From the IMG/VR virus record IMGVR_UViG_3300020045_007300, positions 30,893 to 94,892 of that record: DNA of 64,000 nt. One strand, given 5' to 3'. This DNA is from a virus. Within the stretch, counting starts at the first letter, position 1. Each line of letters opens with the position of its first letter. Under the pieces are notes generated by a model. It was not told the DNA's origin. It worked only from the letters and a program-made list of their open reading frames with translations, and ran no database searches. Position numbers and translations under genes: made by a program. Shown here piece by piece: positions 33,101-42,894 of this stretch.

Positions 33101-36100
33101 AAGTGAGAATACCGCCGATTCTGGTAACGTTGGCACACAAGAAAAACAAACCGTCAGTGATGACACGATTAATCAACCAACTAACAAGGCACAAAATGGC
33201 GAAGGCACGGACACAACCACGCAAACCACCAAGAAGAAAGTAGATGAAGCCACTGCACAATATTCAAAACCCGATGAAGAAACGACTGCGGCACAGGACG
33301 GCGTGGTACAAACTGCCGAAAGTGGTAGTGATGCTAGTACGCAATCGAGCAAGACAACGGCTGAAATCAAACAGAACGCCGTATCACCTGACAATGTAGA
33401 ACAGCCAGAAGGTATTGATACATTAACCGATGAGCTAAAACAGTATCTTGTTGATAAAGGTATTTTTACCGCTCAAAAGCGTAACGGGAAATGGACTGCT
33501 TTAATTGCCAGCCCAGACTTGCCTAAATTCTTAACCGACCATCAAATAAACTCGCTTATTCAGCAGGTAAAACAGGATGTGTCGCCAGATAAAACGGCAA
33601 ACAAAGTATTCAATGAGCTTGGCTTTGATAGCAATAAAATCAAAGCCATTAATACGCTATCGAATGCGTTAGCTGTTACCTCAGAAGACCGCATTAGAAA
33701 CGAACATCTAATTAAGCAATCTATCATTGAATTACAGGCAATGCGTGACAATGGCGATATTAGCGAAGACGAATTTAACACGCTAACCTCCGATGCTTTT
33801 GAAAGTAACCAAGTAATTACTAAAGAATTGCAGGCGGCAATTAGTGCAATCAATAATGACGCTAAGAATGCTGGACTGGGCGATTGGGTTAAAAAAGGCA
33901 AGTCTGATTACATTGTCCACGTTCAACCATTAGATTCAACTAGAAAGCGTCTTAAATCGGAAGCATCTAGTGAAATTAAAGGGCTATCGGCTAAAGAGCT
34001 GTCCGATAAGATTAAAAGCTCAAGCCAGAACATAGGCTTAATCGAAAGAACTATGGAACAATTGAAAAAACTGTTTCATAAACTCTTTTCATTAAGTAAA
34101 AACATATCCAATGAAAATACATTCGAGCCTATTAAATGGCTTTCTGATGATGGTAAAACTATGTTTACCGTGCAGAAAGCACCAAAGACATTTTTATTTT
34201 TCAGTGATGAGCAACTGGCATCACCCGACAAAATAGCACAAGCAAATGAGTTAAAAGCTAACATTAAAGCGTTAAAAAGTGATGATTTAAAAGTCAGTAA
34301 AACATCGGCGAATGTATCTGGAAAACTTGACGGAGCAACATTTGATTTTGATGATAGTTTATTGGGAAACAACCCCTATTTAAAAACTATTAATCGTGTC
34401 GTTAATCACGAAGACAAACGAGTGCCGTTAAAGGGATTTAATGACGTTAGTCCAGATAACATCCCTGACTTCATTAGCGCAAACGATACTGAGATAAGAT
34501 TGCTTGAATCAGCGTTATCAAATGCAAAAAAAGGGATTTCAGACCAAAAAAACATTACTCCTAAAATCGCTAGACAAGGAGCTACAGCCACTATAAAGCT
34601 GTTGATGGCTCATAAAAAATCAGGAGAAGGCGAAGCAATAACACATCATTATCGTGGCTTAGAGTTGACGATTTATAGCGACAATGGCGCAGATTATTTA
34701 AAAGTAGGAGAATCGACTGCTTTTGAAATAAACATTAATGAACTGACAAAAGTTAGCGCGTTGACTCCAAAAATTGACGTGCGAATAGACTCATTAGCTA
34801 AAAAAGACTTTGCAGGTGAATTAAACTCTATAAGCCAACAAATAGCAGAAGTTAAGCAAACTAAGCGTGAACTTGCTCAAATTTTAGCGAACTCAGGTTT
34901 TAAGCAATACAAGACTGACCAAGCAAAAAAAGCCCAAGAATCACGATGGATTAGTCAGCAAGCCAAACATGGGAAACCAGAACCAGATGCTGGAGTAACG
35001 CCAGAGGTTAAACCTAAAAAACCTAGTGGTGAATGGTCTTTATTTGAAGATGATTTTAATAAAAAACAAAATGCAATTAATTTAATTCATAGTGAACAGT
35101 GGGCTAATAGACGCAAGAGTCTTGGCTTAGATAAATTAAAATATGGCTACAAAGTTGTTGAGGATGATAACGGGAAATTCTCAATTTTATCAAAGCCAAT
35201 TAATCTTCTTACGGCACAAGATAAATCAGATATTACCAAGGACTTTAATTATGTTAGCGAGGATATTAAGCCTAAAAAACAAGCCCAGCAACCAGATAGA
35301 AACAGTGTAGACCAATTTATTGAGATTAAAAATCTAAATCCAATGAGAAAGGGGTTGCTTACTAAACAGCTAAATAATCCTACTAGCATTAAGGATGATA
35401 TAAAGCCTTTGTATCTTCATATTGAAAACATGATTTTCAATGGTGAAAAGACTCGTACTCGCGAAGAAAATGTAATTAAGGATATGTCTCGTAGGACATA
35501 TAACAATGCAACCCAAGAACAGCAAGACCTTCATGAAAAAAGACAAAAAGAAGCTGGCACAAGAACTGTTTATGTTGTTGGAGGGTATGATTTAGGGAAA
35601 ACCGCCTATGATTATGCCGACTACTTGATAAAGCAGAAAGACCTTGTTCAACAATCCGAAGTGTTCACTAATAATGAGCAGGTCGAAATAGTGAACACAC
35701 CAGCCGACAAACCAGTCAAGCCGACTAATAACGGCACTGACAAAGTCTCTTCCAGTGAAGTAATGAAGCAGATAGACGCTGATATTGATGATATTTTAGG
35801 TGACATTGGTCGTCATCTAATGGGTAAAATGGGTAAAAGCATTGTACCAACTGAGGCTGATACTGAGCTAATGATGCTAGTGGCTAAATTAATGAGGCTG
35901 GTATTTCAGAAAGGATATTTGACATTTAAGGAAGCCGCTGGATTTGTCATGCAAAAAATGAGAGAAAATCTAGGTGACGAATCAGCAAATATGCTTTCTA
36001 TTAAAGATTTGCAAGCAAGTTATATCCAAGCAAATGGTAAAGACTTTGCTGGCATGGCTGAATACACTGATAAGACTGTTTCCGATTTAGAAGCGGATTA

Positions 36101-37283
36101 TGCCAAGTATGTTGATGATTTAATCAATAAAGCCAAGGATGAAATTAAGGCTGAAAAATATAATTACATCGAATTCGATGGAATTAAACCAATCGAAAAA
36201 CCAATATGGGAAATGACAAAAAGCGAGTTCCAAAAAGCTGTTACTTTAAAAGACGAACCAAATCAAAATCTTCCTAACCGCAAAAACGCTTATATTAATG
36301 GTAAATATATTGCCCAAGGGAATTTTACTAAAAACTGGTGGCTAGATGGACATACAGAGGACGATGCAAAAGAAGTTATCCATCGCAACACAATTAATGG
36401 AGTTTTGTCAGATGGAATAAAAATACCAGAAAACGTATTAAATGAATATCCAGAGTTAAAAAGCAAATATTCTTTATACAGCAATAAACCTGCGTCCACC
36501 GAAAGCGAGGTAATTAAAACCAAAGCACCACGCACTAAAAAACAAATCGAACACGCTGAAAACGTATTAGACGAATCAGGAGTAACAGGTGATTTATTCG
36601 CCTTTGCCGAAAGTGTGATAATTCCTGTAACCAATAGCAGCATGGTTTCACCAGAAGCATTACACAAAACACCAGTCGACGAATTAACAGAATCGGAAGC
36701 CGAAACCTATTTTGATAACTTAGCGGCTGATATTATTATCCAAGCCGAAGCAGAAGGAATACCCGATGTTGACACCAAAGAAGAAGCACGAATTATTGAA
36801 ACTCTGGCAGAAAATGTACCCGCTGGAGCGATCGCCAAAGCAAGAAGCCAGAACGCCGCACAGAAGCCAACGCGCACATTAACAACCGTAGACGGCGAAT
36901 CAATACCCGTTTATGAAAATGATGATGGAATGTGGCAATCGGTAGCCAAAAACGAAGACGGTTATTATCAGAAATTTCCAAAGGATGACGACCAAATTGA
37001 CAGCGTTAAGGCGATTAGTGAAGACACCAACACAATCACCATAGACGGAAAAGAAATCGCAGTAGCGGATGTTTTTAAACGGCTAAAGGGTAAGTCGGTT
37101 GAACGTAACCAAATTACCGAGCTACTTAACAATCATCCTGATAAACAGATGGTAGCGCGAATAATGGCAATCAATGAAGGAGTGGGCACAAAGAACCGTA
37201 CAGAACTACCGATACTTGAGGCACTTGTTAAACTTGGACGACATAGCAAAGAAAATACGCGCGGTTTCTCTATGGATTGTTAA
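30135..37283 (+). CDS. Giant internal virion / ejection protein A (2382 aa)
   Basis: Gly/Ala-rich membrane-type N-terminal region with EG.EE..Q motif; single Cys is the last residue. Confidence 0.85.
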   Translation: MSSFNDFLDKQYAEKPEAASTTKVKSFNDFLDEQYKGVEPEKPKASGGVVADIGKAIVRGVAKAPDAIAGLAHTALSDSAIVGDAALGNMDSSRISPAQAAIDYGLGTARDNTTRAFADKVAKELPYSQETLDASDRQQSDKAERLKQIDIDTPKIKSDGLIQDLNANNAWRTAKQIGAGAIAGLSEPRSLIPSVIESIPEFVALAAGSKGAGIAKGAGGLGDASVLAEKARLAGAGESVSAKEMAKHTAKVDGLATKLDNAKLAGDTALEADISARIRKANEWTAKKELANNAEKAATRQDLAIAGLGNFTLEGQGASDSARQQFNNLPDDELRKNPEFVNLENQYGFEQAKKIASEATGNKAYAPAAALGSVASLGTGGGLEGALMRGFKDTAKDGIVKAGLKGGFKEGSEEFIQGGSGQFAENTALNPYTGVDSMEGVAAAAGEGAAMGFLTGGGGSVVGAAYDKYAQSKAQADILKKQALSQTGLSAAATQGQAASAQADADTHLANAQGLQDGTIAPVQPEPVAEAPSALPKITPDVHTHISNVLDSSYQDYVKKGDKAALNKGAIQSAANDLGVSYDPSKESTADILVKSRKALQNYNIANIDPVAIEHAQDTISKINEKSAQGLPPTNVDNYNLSIAAEKLGTKPDLNALQSTIDKHLELNAKPAPENPVSPTATNPLADGSTESSLQPDSNAGVTSEAKPAPVGKADTAKPITPKWIERQADSDVIKNPNNFGNLSFKTTKEANDFIATHGLKNHSPAKDGYGGYEIHSKKFAEANKQKQDADIPDALKPSGEYHSAIPSLLNDLEKGGGIVVDSNNRRSQSVNPTWFKDGFILDGNTTPEKVTTITDAIQKYADIKDGKRKDDLTGKDHRILQKLTDILTEDERANSVESEDIRSDEVKSAHKFIDEYENGDYDQEQSIGQDLLHARATDNKINPEDYRNSTGIYDNSEIYKELKRKTGYNTNNATDTQPNTAQPESPRTSENTADSGNVGTQEKQTVSDDTINQPTNKAQNGEGTDTTTQTTKKKVDEATAQYSKPDEETTAAQDGVVQTAESGSDASTQSSKTTAEIKQNAVSPDNVEQPEGIDTLTDELKQYLVDKGIFTAQKRNGKWTALIASPDLPKFLTDHQINSLIQQVKQDVSPDKTANKVFNELGFDSNKIKAINTLSNALAVTSEDRIRNEHLIKQSIIELQAMRDNGDISEDEFNTLTSDAFESNQVITKELQAAISAINNDAKNAGLGDWVKKGKSDYIVHVQPLDSTRKRLKSEASSEIKGLSAKELSDKIKSSSQNIGLIERTMEQLKKLFHKLFSLSKNISNENTFEPIKWLSDDGKTMFTVQKAPKTFLFFSDEQLASPDKIAQANELKANIKALKSDDLKVSKTSANVSGKLDGATFDFDDSLLGNNPYLKTINRVVNHEDKRVPLKGFNDVSPDNIPDFISANDTEIRLLESALSNAKKGISDQKNITPKIARQGATATIKLLMAHKKSGEGEAITHHYRGLELTIYSDNGADYLKVGESTAFEININELTKVSALTPKIDVRIDSLAKKDFAGELNSISQQIAEVKQTKRELAQILANSGFKQYKTDQAKKAQESRWISQQAKHGKPEPDAGVTPEVKPKKPSGEWSLFEDDFNKKQNAINLIHSEQWANRRKSLGLDKLKYGYKVVEDDNGKFSILSKPINLLTAQDKSDITKDFNYVSEDIKPKKQAQQPDRNSVDQFIEIKNLNPMRKGLLTKQLNNPTSIKDDIKPLYLHIENMIFNGEKTRTREENVIKDMSRRTYNNATQEQQDLHEKRQKEAGTRTVYVVGGYDLGKTAYDYADYLIKQKDLVQQSEVFTNNEQVEIVNTPADKPVKPTNNGTDKVSSSEVMKQIDADIDDILGDIGRHLMGKMGKSIVPTEADTELMMLVAKLMRLVFQKGYLTFKEAAGFVMQKMRENLGDESANMLSIKDLQASYIQANGKDFAGMAEYTDKTVSDLEADYAKYVDDLINKAKDEIKAEKYNYIEFDGIKPIEKPIWEMTKSEFQKAVTLKDEPNQNLPNRKNAYINGKYIAQGNFTKNWWLDGHTEDDAKEVIHRNTINGVLSDGIKIPENVLNEYPELKSKYSLYSNKPASTESEVIKTKAPRTKKQIEHAENVLDESGVTGDLFAFAESVIIPVTNSSMVSPEALHKTPVDELTESEAETYFDNLAADIIIQAEAEGIPDVDTKEEARIIETLAENVPAGAIAKARSQNAAQKPTRTLTTVDGESIPVYENDDGMWQSVAKNEDGYYQKFPKDDDQIDSVKAISEDTNTITIDGKEIAVADVFKRLKGKSVERNQITELLNNHPDKQMVARIMAINEGVGTKNRTELPILEALVKLGRHSKENTRGFSMDC

Positions 37284-37314
37284 TTAATTAAACGCCGTTT
37301 AATGGTATAATTAA

Positions 37315-37399
37315 GTGTGGCTAGGTTATCGAGACCGAAAACGTAATCCAGTACGACTGCCACACACCTATCTGGAATAATTTAACTTGGATTTAAATA
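37315..37399 (+). promoter_or_regulatory. Family A structured leader copy 3 (TATAAT at 37306)
   Basis: gtgtgg/ccacac stem; loop aatccag complementary to ctgga and tggatt. Confidence 0.65.
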
Positions 37400-38044
37400 A
37401 TGAAAACTCTAATTGAAACACTTAACAACCCTACCGAAGATGGACTTTATTCACTTAAAGCATTAGCCAAAGCAAGCGGAAAATGGGATATAAAAAAGCC
37501 AAGCCAGTTTTTAAGACTGCAATCTACAATTGATGAAATTAAATTTTTGTCAAGTGAAGAATTTGCACCACGGGCAATAATGCGGTCTGAGCGGTATAAT
37601 ACATCAGGAGGTGACACGTTTGTTTGCCGTGATTTAGTCTATTCTTATGCTCAATGGATAAGTCCTGCATTTAAGTTCTTGGTAATTAGAACTTTTGACC
37701 AGTTAGCAAACGCCACCACTTCGCAAGAAGTCATTGACTTAAAGTTCAAGCTCGATAACGCACTTCAACAAGACCTATTCACAAAAGCACAACAACCACG
37801 CGACAAAAACTGCTTACAGGTTTTAATGAATGTTTCGCCATTTCAAGTTGAACATTTCTTTACCGAACTTGAAAGTATCGGCGAGGTGAAAAGTAGATTA
37901 GTTCCACAACCACCAAAACGGATATTTGAAGCGACAGCGGAATCAAAATACATCATTGGTAAAAAAGGCGATACACTGTTATTTGATGAATCGGTTTCTG
38001 AATTATTCCCTGCTCAACAAGATTGGACGGAATGTCAGACATAG
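37400..38044 (+). CDS. KilA-N domain protein
   Basis: YSL..L.KASG...KPSQFLRLQST...GDTFVCRDLVYSYAQWISPAF...VIRTFD. Confidence 0.9.
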   Translation: MKTLIETLNNPTEDGLYSLKALAKASGKWDIKKPSQFLRLQSTIDEIKFLSSEEFAPRAIMRSERYNTSGGDTFVCRDLVYSYAQWISPAFKFLVIRTFDQLANATTSQEVIDLKFKLDNALQQDLFTKAQQPRDKNCLQVLMNVSPFQVEHFFTELESIGEVKSRLVPQPPKRIFEATAESKYIIGKKGDTLLFDESVSELFPAQQDWTECQT

Positions 38045-38149
38045 AGTTTTTACTATCGCGCAAACCAGACGCCGATGAAAATGAGATTGAACGCTACCTT
38101 GAACGGGTAGCTATCATGATTGAGTGTGGTGGGATTAATGAGGATAGGG

Positions 38150-39329
38150 CTAGATTGATGGCTTTGTGATGGTTGTTTTTACCTTGCTATTACACTTAGT
38201 AGGCGATCCATTGGTATTGTTGATAAGTGATATTAATCTAATGCCGCCATCAATTTTCTTCTGCATATCCTCATCAATAACAATCGGCTTTATTGTCGGG
38301 AATAGAACCGTGGGGAAACCTTCGCCAGTAGCTCTAAATATTTCATTTTCGACTATAAGTTTTTTATTCCACATTATTTTTAATTCTTCTGTTATCATTT
38401 TAATTCCCCTTGTTATGGTTTTGTGACGCTACTGCGTTGTGCAATAGCATCAGCATGAAACTTATGCTTTTTCATTAAATTTGATTCACGGTTCATTGCC
38501 GTTAATGAGTTACCAAATACCATATTGGCTATTCTGTTGGCAATATCACTTTTTATTTTGCCAACGGTGTTTTCTGAAAGAAAGCCTGAACTTAACTCAT
38601 ATTGAGATAATTCGTTTTCTATCACTACCTCTTTCCCGTTAATAATAACAAGCGTCCGACATCCTACGTTATAGGTTAGCTGGTCAATGTACGCATAAGA
38701 TTTACAGTCTATCAGCGTATCTTCAATACCTTCCATCAATACAATGCCATCCATTACTGATTTAAGCGCGTCTTGTCTTTGTTCAAGCAACGACAACTTG
38801 TTTTCGGTACTGATAAGTTCGTTTAGTTTTTTGGATATGTCCATGTTAATTCCTGTTTCTATTAAGATTGTACGCCACAATGCTTTGTTTCTTCGCCATA
38901 AGTATAGTCTTTAAATTCAGCAAGCAGCCTGTTAATAACCCCAGCGACTTCCCTGTCTTTTAGCATTGATTGTAACACGGTTACAAGTTCTATTTTATTG
39001 GAGCATATTTTTTTATTATTAAGAAGATTGAATTGAATACTGCATGGATAGCCGCCATCAAATCTAATAAACGCAATATTATGTTTTTGCGTATTAATTA
39101 TGCTATTGCCACGACTTCCGCAAGATTGTACAGATAATGGATATGTTTTCGTGTGAAAACCCTGATTTTCTAATCTAACAACAATCTTGCTATCCGTTGC
39201 ACTAGAAATGCTTTTTATCAGGTCATCAATAACTGATTTAATCTCTTTAACTTGGCTATCAAGCGAACCCGCTTTCTCTTGACCCTCAAAGAAGTATTTT
39301 GTGAAATCTGTCATTTTAAATTCCTGCAT
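38150..39329 (-). other. Three hypothetical minus-strand genes (38150-38398, 38413-~38844, 38862-~39314)
   Basis: SD-preceded ORFs in a minus-strand operon. Confidence 0.6.
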
Positions 39330-39382
39330 TGATTATGTGTAAATAGGCAACTTGCGATATTACAAGTTTCCATATTGGTTGA

Positions 39383-39622
39383 TTAAAATTCCATGCTTTC
39401 AACTAATGCTAACTGCCTTTTTAATGAGCCAATTTTCTTTTTCTTCATCTTTTCAGCATGAGCAATGGCTAACTCTTTTTTCTCATGCCAGTCGTCGCCG
39501 TGTAAATCCATATTGTCGGTATAAACATAATTTGGATTGTCCGATTCACTAACATCCTATTGAAAAATACCTTTCGTAAAAAGATATTTTGTTACCCATA
39601 CTTTTTTAGTTTTTGTAGTCAT
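39383..39622 (-). pseudogene. Disrupted small phage gene
   Basis: KVWVTKY.. / TKGIFQ*..GDDWHEKKELAIAHAEKM / IGSLKRQL..MEF can be joined only across two frameshifts and a TAG. Confidence 0.5.
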
Positions 39623-39810
39623 TTCTAAATTCCAATAAAAAGCCACACTCCTTAAAAATACGTTCGCGTGGCAGAAATTACCCGTATTTAAAAAATGTAG
39701 CTTTGTTATATTTCTGATGGTGACGCGAATCACAGGTTCACTATATCAAACAAACCATCACAACGCAATGTGTTATAATCACATAAACACAGTTTAATTA
39801 AGGAACATCC

Positions 39811-40287
39811 ATGCTAATCTCAAAAACATCACTAGCTATTATAAATGAAGCAATCCAAGCCGAACTGGACGCTTTCTACCTGTACAATCACCTTGCCAAC
39901 CAAACACAGCGTTTAGGATTATTCGGCGCATCATCCTACTTTCACAAAGAAAGTGTCGGTGAAATGAGTCATTACCAGCTTCACGCCGACTTTCTGAATG
40001 ATCGCGGCACAGTGGCAGAATTACCCACTATTGAAGAAATTACCGACGGTGTAGGCGGTTTAATGGACGCACTAAAAACCGCGCTACAGGCTGAAATGGA
40101 CTTGGGCGATAAGTACGCCAATTGGTACGGTGAAACAGCGATTAAAGACCCGATGACAGGACAGCATTTACTACAGTTTATTGAAATTCAGCGCAAGTCT
40201 ATTGGTGAATACGGGGATTGGATTCAACGGTTGACTATGGCGAATGGTGCAGTTATTTTGATTGACCAAGAGCTAGGTAATAAATAA
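39811..40287 (+). CDS. ftnA: Ferritin (non-haem, FtnA-like)
   Basis: 158 aa; INEAIQAELDAFYLY, GASSYF.KES.GE..H...FLNDRG, LQAE, LQFIEIQ ferroxidase pattern. Confidence 0.88.
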   Translation: MLISKTSLAIINEAIQAELDAFYLYNHLANQTQRLGLFGASSYFHKESVGEMSHYQLHADFLNDRGTVAELPTIEEITDGVGGLMDALKTALQAEMDLGDKYANWYGETAIKDPMTGQHLLQFIEIQRKSIGEYGDWIQRLTMANGAVILIDQELGNK

Positions 40288-40468
40288 TGCTATTAATTAA
40301 ATACATCATCCTTTTATTTTTAATAACCGTGTGTAATTATCTTATTATTGGTACACATGATATAAGATCCATCATACTTGGAATTATTATTATCGGCATT
40401 TTATCTGAAAGAGCGTGTGCATTCTTTGTAAGAAAAATTACGACTAAAGTACATTTGTAAGTAAAAGA

Positions 40469-40497
40469 AAAGCCACTGCTTAGGTGGCTTTTTTGTT
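40469..40497. terminator. Bidirectional intrinsic terminator
   Basis: aaagccac/gtggcttt with A- and T-runs between convergent units. Confidence 0.8.
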
Positions 40498-40498
40498 T

Positions 40499-40879
40499 CT
40501 ACGCTTCGAGTAAAATACGTTCTCTTTCTTTAATGGAATGATGTAATTGCATTTGTAGGCGTTTTATTTCAACCAGTTCAGGCGAGAAGTCTGCGTATGT
40601 AATTTTATGACATCTACACACTTTAAATTGTGATAGCAATCTCTTCACCATGTGATTTGCAAAAATATTTTTTTTCCTGCTTTTGTTGTTAATAGTAAGC
40701 CTTGAGCTTTTATTATTCTTATTCCATTTACGCGCCCTATTTCTTGCGCACTCTTTATTTTTTTGCAAAGAATTAAATTTATCGCGTGATTTCTTAGCGC
40801 ATATCTTGCACGCTCTACTTTTCTCATACCGATCAGTAGAACCGCATTTCTTACAAGGCTTCACCGTCAATGTAGTCAT
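40499..40879 (-). CDS. Basic Zn-ribbon phage protein
   Basis: KPCKKCG...CKIC; C-terminal PELVEIKRLQMQL. Confidence 0.65.
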   Translation of the reverse strand: MTTLTVKPCKKCGSTDRYEKSRACKICAKKSRDKFNSLQKNKECARNRARKWNKNNKSSRLTINNKSRKKNIFANHMVKRLLSQFKVCRCHKITYADFSPELVEIKRLQMQLHHSIKERERILLEA

Positions 40880-41069
40880 GTTCAATAACCTTTTGCGCAT
40901 TATCTGGAGTCGCTTTAGTCGCAGCAATTTCAACTAACCACGAATTAATCACCCCGTTAGCCAAGTTGCTCACTACCTTAGCCTGATTGATTGACACTGT
41001 GCCATTTTGTACGCCTTCAATTTCAGCTAAAAGCCGTTCGCGTAATGCTGTCATATCAGGGATATTCAT
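40851..41069 (-). CDS. Small phage protein
   Basis: LRERL...G.V....AK...NLA..VINS motif; coupled to neighbours. Confidence 0.65.
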   Translation of the reverse strand: MNIPDMTALRERLLAEIEGVQNGTVSINQAKVVSNLANGVINSWLVEIAATKATPDNAQKVIEHDYIDGEAL

Positions 41070-41503
41070 ACTTTAATCTCTCTAAATTCTTCGACATCCG
41101 CAATTCTACCCGCGGCATAAGCCTTGTCTTTGGCAGTAACCACACTGGCAATACTACCATCAAGGTTTACTCTGTTTTCGCTGTCAATAACACCTTTGTG
41201 ATAGGACGGTCTTGAGGTGTACCAATAAATAGCATTTCTTATCCGCTTTCTTGAAAAACCTGTTTCAGCATCGAATAATTGCTTATGGATGCCGTAAGCC
41301 AATGGTAATTTGTCTTCTTTTGCACCAAAAAACGCAAGAGGGAATAGTTTTTTTAGTTTTCTGATAGTTCCAGCGTTAGTGACTTTTTTTGCCTTGGCAG
41401 GTGATTCAATAACGGGTATCACTTCCACAGTTTTAACTACTGGAGGAATAACCACTTTTGGTTTCAGTGATAAAATCGGTCTGTTGCTGTTTGGTGTTGT
41501 CAT
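41066..41503 (-). CDS. proQ: ProQ/FinO-domain RNA chaperone (probable start 41503)
   Basis: LFPLAF...PLAYGIHKQL....SRKRIRNAI.WYTSRPSY......RVNLDG....V; SD AGGAA. Confidence 0.88.
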   Translation of the reverse strand: MTTPNSNRPILSLKPKVVIPPVVKTVEVIPVIESPAKAKKVTNAGTIRKLKKLFPLAFFGAKEDKLPLAYGIHKQLFDAETGFSRKRIRNAIYWYTSRPSYHKGVIDSENRVNLDGSIASVVTAKDKAYAAGRIADVEEFREIKV

Positions 41504-41543
41504 TTTGTAATTCCTAGGTTGATGGTTGTTTTTTTGTGAGTGA

Positions 41544-42245
41544 TTATCTAAAATCGGTATCATCCCAAGCCCCTTTCCCGATATTGCAGTCGGAGCAAAG
41601 GACTTGCAGGTTATCAAGGCATAATTCAAGCTCTGGATAACGTGAACGTGGTTTAATATGGTCAACGTGAATTTGCACCCCATTACCTGCTTTAGCCCCG
41701 CAACACTGACACAATACACCATTGTTTTTTAATGCAAGATAGCGCAGTTGTTTCCATGCAGTTGAATTATAAAAATCCTTGTATTCGGTCTTGCCAAGTA
41801 ATGGGTGTGAGTATTTAGGTAGGTTTGTTTTAGGAGCAACAGTCTTTACAATTAAGGATTCTGGATGTCTAAAGCTATAACTTGTTGTGCTTTTTTTGTA
41901 CGGAGCTATGCCAAAGATTAGTGGTTTTTCGCTAAGATATTTCGATATAGCATCTTTTGGAGTCAATCCACTCCATCCAAAATGACAAATTAACTTTTCA
42001 CCAACAGCTTTTTTACCTACATTACCAGCCATTCCTAACTTGTGTGCCAGCTTACACAAAGACCCGTTAGTAATCTTTTTTATAGTCCTAATACTTCCCA
42101 AGTCACCAGTAAAAACCCATTTCATTATTGGTTGAAAATCAGGCTGGCAATTAATAAACCAAATACCATTTTTCTTATCTTTTTTACAACCCAATTCTAT
42201 TGCTTGTTGCAATTCACAATCTGGTATTTTTAGCCATATTTTCAT
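41544..42245 (-). CDS. HNH endonuclease
   Basis: FYNS.AW..LRY..L, CQCCG, HVDHIKP...LDNLQVLC.DCNIGK. Confidence 0.92.
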   Translation of the reverse strand: MKIWLKIPDCELQQAIELGCKKDKKNGIWFINCQPDFQPIMKWVFTGDLGSIRTIKKITNGSLCKLAHKLGMAGNVGKKAVGEKLICHFGWSGLTPKDAISKYLSEKPLIFGIAPYKKSTTSYSFRHPESLIVKTVAPKTNLPKYSHPLLGKTEYKDFYNSTAWKQLRYLALKNNGVLCQCCGAKAGNGVQIHVDHIKPRSRYPELELCLDNLQVLCSDCNIGKGAWDDTDFR

Positions 42246-42840
42246 AATTACTTCCTATTCTGTTAACTAAGTAAAGCAGAAATATACTTTCCCTATTAGC
42301 CTGTTGGTATATCCAAGCAAGAACTCCCCCTACCCCAAACACTAGATAAGTGATGGTTAGTTTTGGCTTAGTTATTACTGAAAACTACCTGTTAAATTCC
42401 AAGTCGGATTCCCGAACCATGAGCTTAGTATAGAGTGCTTTCCCCTCTATATCCCCTCGACCCTCATGTCAACCAGTCGGATGGATTCTTAACGATTTGC
42501 ACGCGGTGACATGATTAAAATGCCCCTTACCATCTAAATCACTCAGAAGCACAATTATGAGTGCCTTATTTCCTTTTCCGCCATACTCTTTTCATTATGG
42601 ATGTGCATAGCTTCCTGATAATCTGCCCCATGCAAAGGCTTAAACTAAAGTGTATCGGACTGCACATAGGTTATTTATGGCTAAATAGCAGACATAAAAA
42701 AACCCGCATACTGAGTTCAGCAAGCGGGTTTCAAAATTTATACGCTGTGCTGAAATCTAGCGGGACTTTCACAACGGTTTATTTTAACTGGTTACTTCTC
42801 TATTTATTGTCCCGCTAAGAACAAATAGAGAAGTAACCAC
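42246..42840 (-). ncRNA. Long structured non-coding leader/RNA copy 2
   Basis: TTGAAA/TATAAT promoter; loops tagcgggac / gtcccgcta; terminator 42696-42731; core homologous to 24216-24271. Confidence 0.6.
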
Positions 42841-42894
42841 AGCTCAATTATAGCGACCTTTCGTTATTTTTCAAGGATTATTTTCAATTTCCAA

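Noticed and set aside
30116-36981. Many short minus-strand ORFs within giant A
   Set aside because: Codon-bias shadows without SD, promoter or domain motifs
24275-42818. Short ORFs 24275-24466 and 42561-42818 inside the long leaders
   Set aside because: Antisense to the promoters and not similar to each other at protein level, whereas nucleotide motifs are shared
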